A stretch of DNA of 56,846 bases, the filler included, from Platydemus manokwari (taxonomy: Eukaryota): NCBI GenBank assembly GCA_037951405.1. It is 5 parts of 5 records of this genome, joined end to end, with 100 filler letters (N's around TTAATTAATTAA, not from the genome) between each part and the next. Parts side by side here need not be neighbours in the genome. Positions count along the whole stretch, not along the records: positions 46,441 to 56,846 come from JBBMOY011136217.1; 4 more parts are not named here. One strand, given 5' to 3'. How positions within the stretch are numbered: position 1 is the stretch's first letter; every line of letters begins with the position of its first letter. The notes beneath the pieces are model-generated. The model was not told the DNA's origin and searched no databases. It saw only the letters and a program-made list of their open reading frames with translations. Below, piece by piece: positions 50,517 through 56,846 of the stretch. The position numbers and the translations under genes are program-made.

Positions 50517-53500
50517 GGTGGTTAAAAAAATCATTAATCAAACCATTTTTTATGAATAAATATTTATTATAATAATTAAATATCGATTATTAATTGAGAC
50601 CATCTGATTCTTTGATTGGTTTTTAAAGTGGAATATCAAAAAATATATACATTAATTAATGGAATAAATGAAATCGTTTTAGTTTTTAAATTGTAAAATA
50701 GTTGATCTCTACTGTTTGGTGATTTCGAAAGCCACGTCCACTGTCTAAACAAAACGTTGGACTTCATGTGTATTTTCGATATGTTGTGACATAAACATAC
50801 AAATAATTTCTGAAACAACACCCATGGAATTATAAAGAAAAATAAATAAAACATAAATTGATATACCTTTGCTTATAAGGTCGACTAATTTTTAATGAAT
50901 GAATCAGTGGAGAAATAATTTGACTTAGGTTTTGAATATTAAAGGAGTCTCAATTATTTTCGATATAGGTTTATTGAATTGTTACCAAAATAAGTTGTGG
51001 CTGAAAATGAATATGAATTGGTAGCAATAATTAAGATCCAGATTCTTCTCGTGTTTTAGATCAAGTTGAGAGTGTTAATCTATAGTCGTATTACACGATT
51101 AATTAAAATGCTTTGGAATTAATTAATTATATATTGTTCTAAATTAAAATGAAATCCCTTAAGTAAGTAAATAATTTAATGAATTATCAATATACATGTT
51201 AGTTTTTTTGACAAATGTTTCTGAAATGTTCTTTTTATTTTATGTATAATATTAATCAATAATTCTTTCTTGCCACAATCAGATTTTTTCATATCAATTT
51301 TTATTATATCTGAAATTCATCTTGTTCAAATAAATACAAAATCTACAATATTTATATTTCTTTAGGGATTTAGAAGATACATTCATGTTTTTGTTATCTC
51401 TAAATGTACATTTATTCCTTTAAAGAGAGAGAGAACTAAAATTGTTATTGAATTGATGATTTAAAAAATTTTAAACAAATAATAACATTTTCCTGAATAT
51501 TTTGATATTTAGAGAAATCCTCGACTATTTGTTTAGTAAATATCAAATTGAATAATTATAGAAAATTATAAATCTTAATAATACATTTAAATGTCGAAAT
51601 TATATTGATAATCTCTTTTCTCGAGAAAATCGTTTTTATTACCTTAAATTTTCGTATTTTTAACCATAAAATGAAAAAGATCAAAATTATCAACGAATTA
51701 CAATAAATTCCACTATATCACTTATTTCTAATATTTCAATTAGCCAAAAATTTCATGATTGATGTTTTTATTTATGACATTTCCAAAATGTTTAAATTTC
51801 AAACTGTTAATTTTTATTATTCTAAATCCATGGGATGTATTTTCTTAATTTAAATTTAATAAAGATTACAGCATGTTTTATCATTATTTAGTTTATTTGT
51901 AACTGATTAGAAATGTCTAAATAATATTTACAATTAATTAAATTCACCAAGATAGTTTTAAGTAAAAAAAACTTTGGAAATTTATTTGAATATATATATT
52001 TATCAATTATATTACAGTGACTAAAAATTAATCCGATTTTGTTTAAATATTGCTTCAATGTTTGTTATTCTTTCAAATAATTGTTAGAATATAATTATTT
52101 AGTAGAAAATAATTATTTCTTTAAGTTTTAATGGAAACTTATAATGTTGAAAACTCACAAATTTAAAATCTTATTCTTATAATACTTATAAATACGATTA
52201 TACTGATAAAAATATTGAAAAACCGAACATACTCAATTTAAAATCAATATATTTAACTAAACTCAAACATTAGAAATATAAGATGGACAAATTTGTTATA
52301 TAAACTTTACTTATTAATTAAATGGTCGTTCTTTGGTGGTACAAATTCGCTAAACTTATCACGGTTTCTAAAAATTGTAGATCTTTCCAATAAATTTGAG
52401 TTAAACTACTTAAACGAATGTAGTCAGTTGTGAAAAACTTTCGACAACATTTTATTGTGTCAGTGGAACATTTTTTCAAGGACAATGTTTAAGTGTACGT
52501 TGACCTTGATGATGATGATGGAAATGATGTTGAAATGTTAGAACAAAATTCATAACTACACATGAAACATTTTATAAATGGCTGTACTAATTAGTATTTC
52601 TTCAAGTAAAAAATATGCTTTACTAACTTGTACGAAACACAATAATGAGGCATACAATGCTACTTTCCAGAATTGTATTCATTGTAGTCTCAAAATTCTT
52701 AATTGCTGAATAATCGAGATTTTGAGTATAATAAACTTCTCTAGAAATAATGTTCCTCATTTACATATATTGACGTTGATTGCACCATGGGTTTCTTTAG
52801 AATTAATTAATATTACATAAATACCGAAACAAAAGAATTCACTATTTTCATTTTATTTAGTTAAGTTTTTGGGATTATTATGATTTGTAATTTAATTTAT
52901 TTTATATAAAAAGAAGCGTGTAAGCATTAGTTCGTTCATTCAAATAATAGCAAGTTATTCTATGTTCACTAACTATCATAGACCTGTGTAATTTATTAGT
53001 AAAGATCCGGAGAATGAATGATTTGGTGGACGAAAACAAACAGACCAATGGGCTTAAATGAAAGTTTTGATTGATTGGTGAATATCAAATAAATCGATGA
53101 AGTGTGGGTTGTAAAATTAAAAAATCAATTCAAAAAACGGCTCAAATTTTATTTTAATAAATCGTAATATCTGCGTATGTACCGCACTGTTCATAAACGG
53201 GTAAAATTATGAAATGCACAACATAGCAGAGAGAGAGAAACAATGGATGTCGCATAAAACAATGTAAAAATTCTATCAAATAACTCGTTACGAACTCATT
53301 AATAATAATGATTTTCAATAAATATCCAAGGTCATTTATAATCAATATAATGACAGTGGTATTCACTTATATTGAGTTTCCAAAGACGATGGCACACCAA
53401 ATCACCAGCAGAAAATATGATTGATATTATGAATATTTATCGATTCATTATTAAAATAATCGAATATTCTGTTTAAGAACTTTGACAAGTCCTTATTGAT

Positions 53501-53640
53501 TTTGTTTATTGATTTTTGAAAGCTTGCATTCTGCTATGAGGAGCGAGATGTTTATGTAATTAGGTGAACGATGAAATTAAAATATAAGTCTTATTGTATA
53601 GACTAATAATTTATATATAAAATATGTGCAATTTATTAAA

Positions 53641-53693
53641 TAATGATAATAATAATAATAATAATAATAATAATTATTATTATTATTATTATT
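53641..53693. repeat. Head-to-head (AAT)n-(ATT)n palindromic microsatellite
   Basis: The AAT run switches to an ATT run at about 53673. Confidence 0.9.
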
Positions 53694-56600
53694 GATAGCT
53701 AAATTTTACAATCAATAAGAAAACAAGAGGAATTATCTGTTTCCAGCTGTTGTTTAATCATTATTTATTCCAAGAGAAGTGCGAAAAATTAAATATAATC
53801 TAATAAAAATTCTTTAGTGAAATATGTTGAACAAATAACGATTTCATCGAAATAAGGGATAACATCATTATAATCGGATGCTGTTTGTTGTAGGTAGTGT
53901 TTCGCTTTTTAAAAACTGTCAAGAAACATTGAAGTAGAGTTAGATATTTGTTTTTATCGATGTACCTGCATTTCAGAGTTAAAACTGTTGAAATTTCGAA
54001 ATGAAATTTGATTTTCAAGAAATCCAATTTAAGCAGATAATCAATCCTAAAGTCATTGATTATTGGTTTATAAGCAGATGACGAAAATTTTATTTTTCAC
54101 AATTTTCTTGTGATCAGATAATTTATTATTTTGATTGTAAATTTATGAGAACTTATTATCGATAATTGTACGAATGGACATCATGCTAATATTGTTAGCA
54201 TTTTTCGGGCATCTTAGCAATTTACAGATATTTTAATGTTATTGAAAACAGAAGTAGAAAATTGAATAAATTAATATTATANNNNNNNNNNNNNNNNNNN
54301 NNNNNNNNNNNNNNNNNNNNNNNNNNNNNNNNNNNNNNNNNNNNNNNNNNNNNNNNNNNNNNNNNNNNNNNNNNNNNNNNNNNNNNNNNNNNNNNNNNNN
54401 NNNNNNNNNNNNNNNNNNNNNNNNNNNNNNNNNNNNNNNNNNNNNNNNNNNNNNNNNNNNNNNNNNNNNNNNNNNNNNNNNNNNNNNNNNNNNNNNNNNN
54501 NNNNNNNNNNNNNNNNAATTTTTTAATTTCTCTGTACGTTATCTTTACTAATTGATACATTGTGTCACAATTCAGAGCCATCATAATACTGACATATTGA
54601 TTTACAATGTACCAAAGTCTGAATAACGTTTTAACACAGACCATTCTAGAAATTAATTAAAAAAAAGATTATTATCGAGATTTGTTTTGGTCAAATTGAT
54701 ACCATATGATAAAACGAAATCAATTATATTTACTTAGATCAAGTATTGTACAGTGACTCGAAAACTGTAAGAAGCCAACATCGTTGAGACAAGTAAATGT
54801 CATTTGTTTTTGTGATAATTGATTGATGGTTTGAAGTGAAAAGCTCTTTGAATAGATTAAGACTTAACTGTGCTTTCGATGATAATTTTAACATTAATGA
54901 AAACAACATCATCAAAATACAAGTACTGATAATTATTTCTTGGTTATAATAATGAGATGAAAAATTAAGAATAAGTATATTTATTTAAATAGGTGTTTAT
55001 ATGAATTATTGGGTTTACTATTGATTCTATATAAGATGGATCGTAATATATTTATAAATATATCGAAGTTCTGAATTTGGTTTTTATAAGTAATATTAAT
55101 GGATGCACACGACTCCAAAAGTATATGCATAATTATGGATAAAAATAAAAAATTATTATATAGATTTAAAATAAAATAAATAATTCGATCAATAAGATAT
55201 AATTGTTATTACAGATTGTGGTTATACAATTAATTTGTTGAAATACAAGAATTACAATTAAATAAAAGCAATTTTTGCAAATAATCTGGTAATAATTATG
55301 GATAGTTCGAGCAATTGTATTAGCTAAAGTTGAGATTCTATTTCGTTAGAATTAATCAATGTTTGGCCTTTCTATTATGACTGTGGCTATTAAGTAACCT
55401 AATTTACTGGGCAGTTTGAAGGTGGTTAAGTATAGTATCTCCGTAAAAACAGAATTGTATTGAGTTTCAGGCCGATTTTAAGGAATTAATTTAACTTTAA
55501 TTGAACTAGGTTTACTCTAAAATTTCTAAGGTGTGAATAGAAGATATAAATTAAAATTTAGATTGTAAGGATTATACATATGGTAATACAGATTTACTCG
55601 ATGTGCGGCACTTGGGTTTTGAAATAATGAACTCTTATCGCTTAATTTTTCCGATAAATACGATTGTGGTTAATGTTAATCTGAGTTGGGTTTCGTAATA
55701 AACAATTATTAAGGGATAACAACGGTTAGTTTAATAAATGATTTTCCTCAAGAAAAATTTCCAATGATCAGGTGACAAGAATGGTTTATCTGATTTGGAT
55801 TTCCAAGACTTCGCAGCTGTTAAATTTGTAAGGAGTAAGTGAGGTTCGCACAATTGGATAATTATTTGAATATCAAGTCAGATTTCGTAAAGGGATATTG
55901 TATTGTGGTATCTTTTCATCTATACTATTTTCTAATTAGTTATTTTCTGTTTTTATTTTTTATATTCGTTTACCATTTTTATCCTATTATTTTTATGGTT
56001 ACTATATTTAGTCAGTAATTTTATTGATTTCTATTTTTGTATTTTCTTAAATCTATTTTTAGTTAGAGTAATATTCTTCATTTTTACTTTTCGGGGATGA
56101 CTCAGTGAAAGTTGAAAAATGTTTATTTATATTTTATTATTTATTTATTATAGGGTTGTAACCAAATAGAATTAAAGAGTAAAATAATCTTTTATCATTA
56201 TTAAAATTATATTTTTGTTTCAATTTAATTACCAGAAATACTGTTATCGTCATTATTAATATTTGCGAGTATGGTACATTAATAATTACATTAATGCGAA
56301 TTAATCATAATTATTTCCACAAATCAATTAATCCTAACATCGACAATGTCGCATTATTGTCAAACAACTGAAGTTTCAATATTGAATTATATATATTGGG
56401 GAATACGGGTTTAATTTATTCTGTGTACAACAAATGAAAATATATGTAAAACAAAGAACATATGTTGGTGGAAAGTAGACCGTAAACGCCAAAACTATAT
56501 CCAGGAAGACAAAAGACAACTCTGATTGACAGAACGTAATGGATAGAATAGAAATTTAATGTTTGTATAATTTGGTAATAGATTAATCGTTAGGTTTTAA

Positions 56601-56846
56601 ACATACAGTTTGGCAAAAGTCTTCCCTACTATCTGGTTGAGACATTTTCGTTTCGAAATATTCAACCTTGTCGACATTTTAATATAAGATTCATTAATAT
56701 TTTTATCTAATTCTGTTAAGCTATTGGGACCTTAAGCTAGTTGTATTACACATTGGATAAACATAAGAATAAAAATAGAATATTTAAAGATTCAATATGA
56801 TGGCTTAATAGATATACAAAAGTTAAATTTCTTTACGAAATAAATA

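Noticed and set aside
1-56846. CRISPR arrays, rRNA/tRNA genes or prokaryotic operons
   Set aside because: None seen. The sequence is intron-containing eukaryotic DNA.

Overview
Very AT-rich eukaryotic draft scaffold with N gaps, (AAT)n microsatellites and 45-60 nt GT-AG introns. These traits fit a planarian-like flatworm, which is inference only. Host genes read from the sequence: a multi-exon dynein-heavy-chain-like (DNHD1-like) gene on the minus strand with a degenerate AAA1 (~23.0-32.3 kb), a complete small two-FN3 surface protein gene (37101-38562), a complete 8-exon MEMO1 (41163-43836), and cadherin-repeat exon(s) near 50.2-50.5 kb. The rest is mobile DNA: two decayed Ty3/Gypsy elements, an intact 753-bp TRIM with TSD, PBS and PPT plus solo LTRs, a second decayed TRIM, an intron-containing Merlin transposase relic with a matching MITE inside MEMO1, two hAT MITEs, a deleted pogo/Tigger, and mariner-type ends at gaps. 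The most striking non-coding signal is a tandem pair of type III hammerhead ribozymes (7899-7954 and 8026-8085). Their cleavage sites are 129 nt apart and the pair is bracketed by a splice acceptor and a splice donor. This makes a candidate minimal retrozyme or self-cleaving non-coding exon. All calls were made by eye and no database searches were run.
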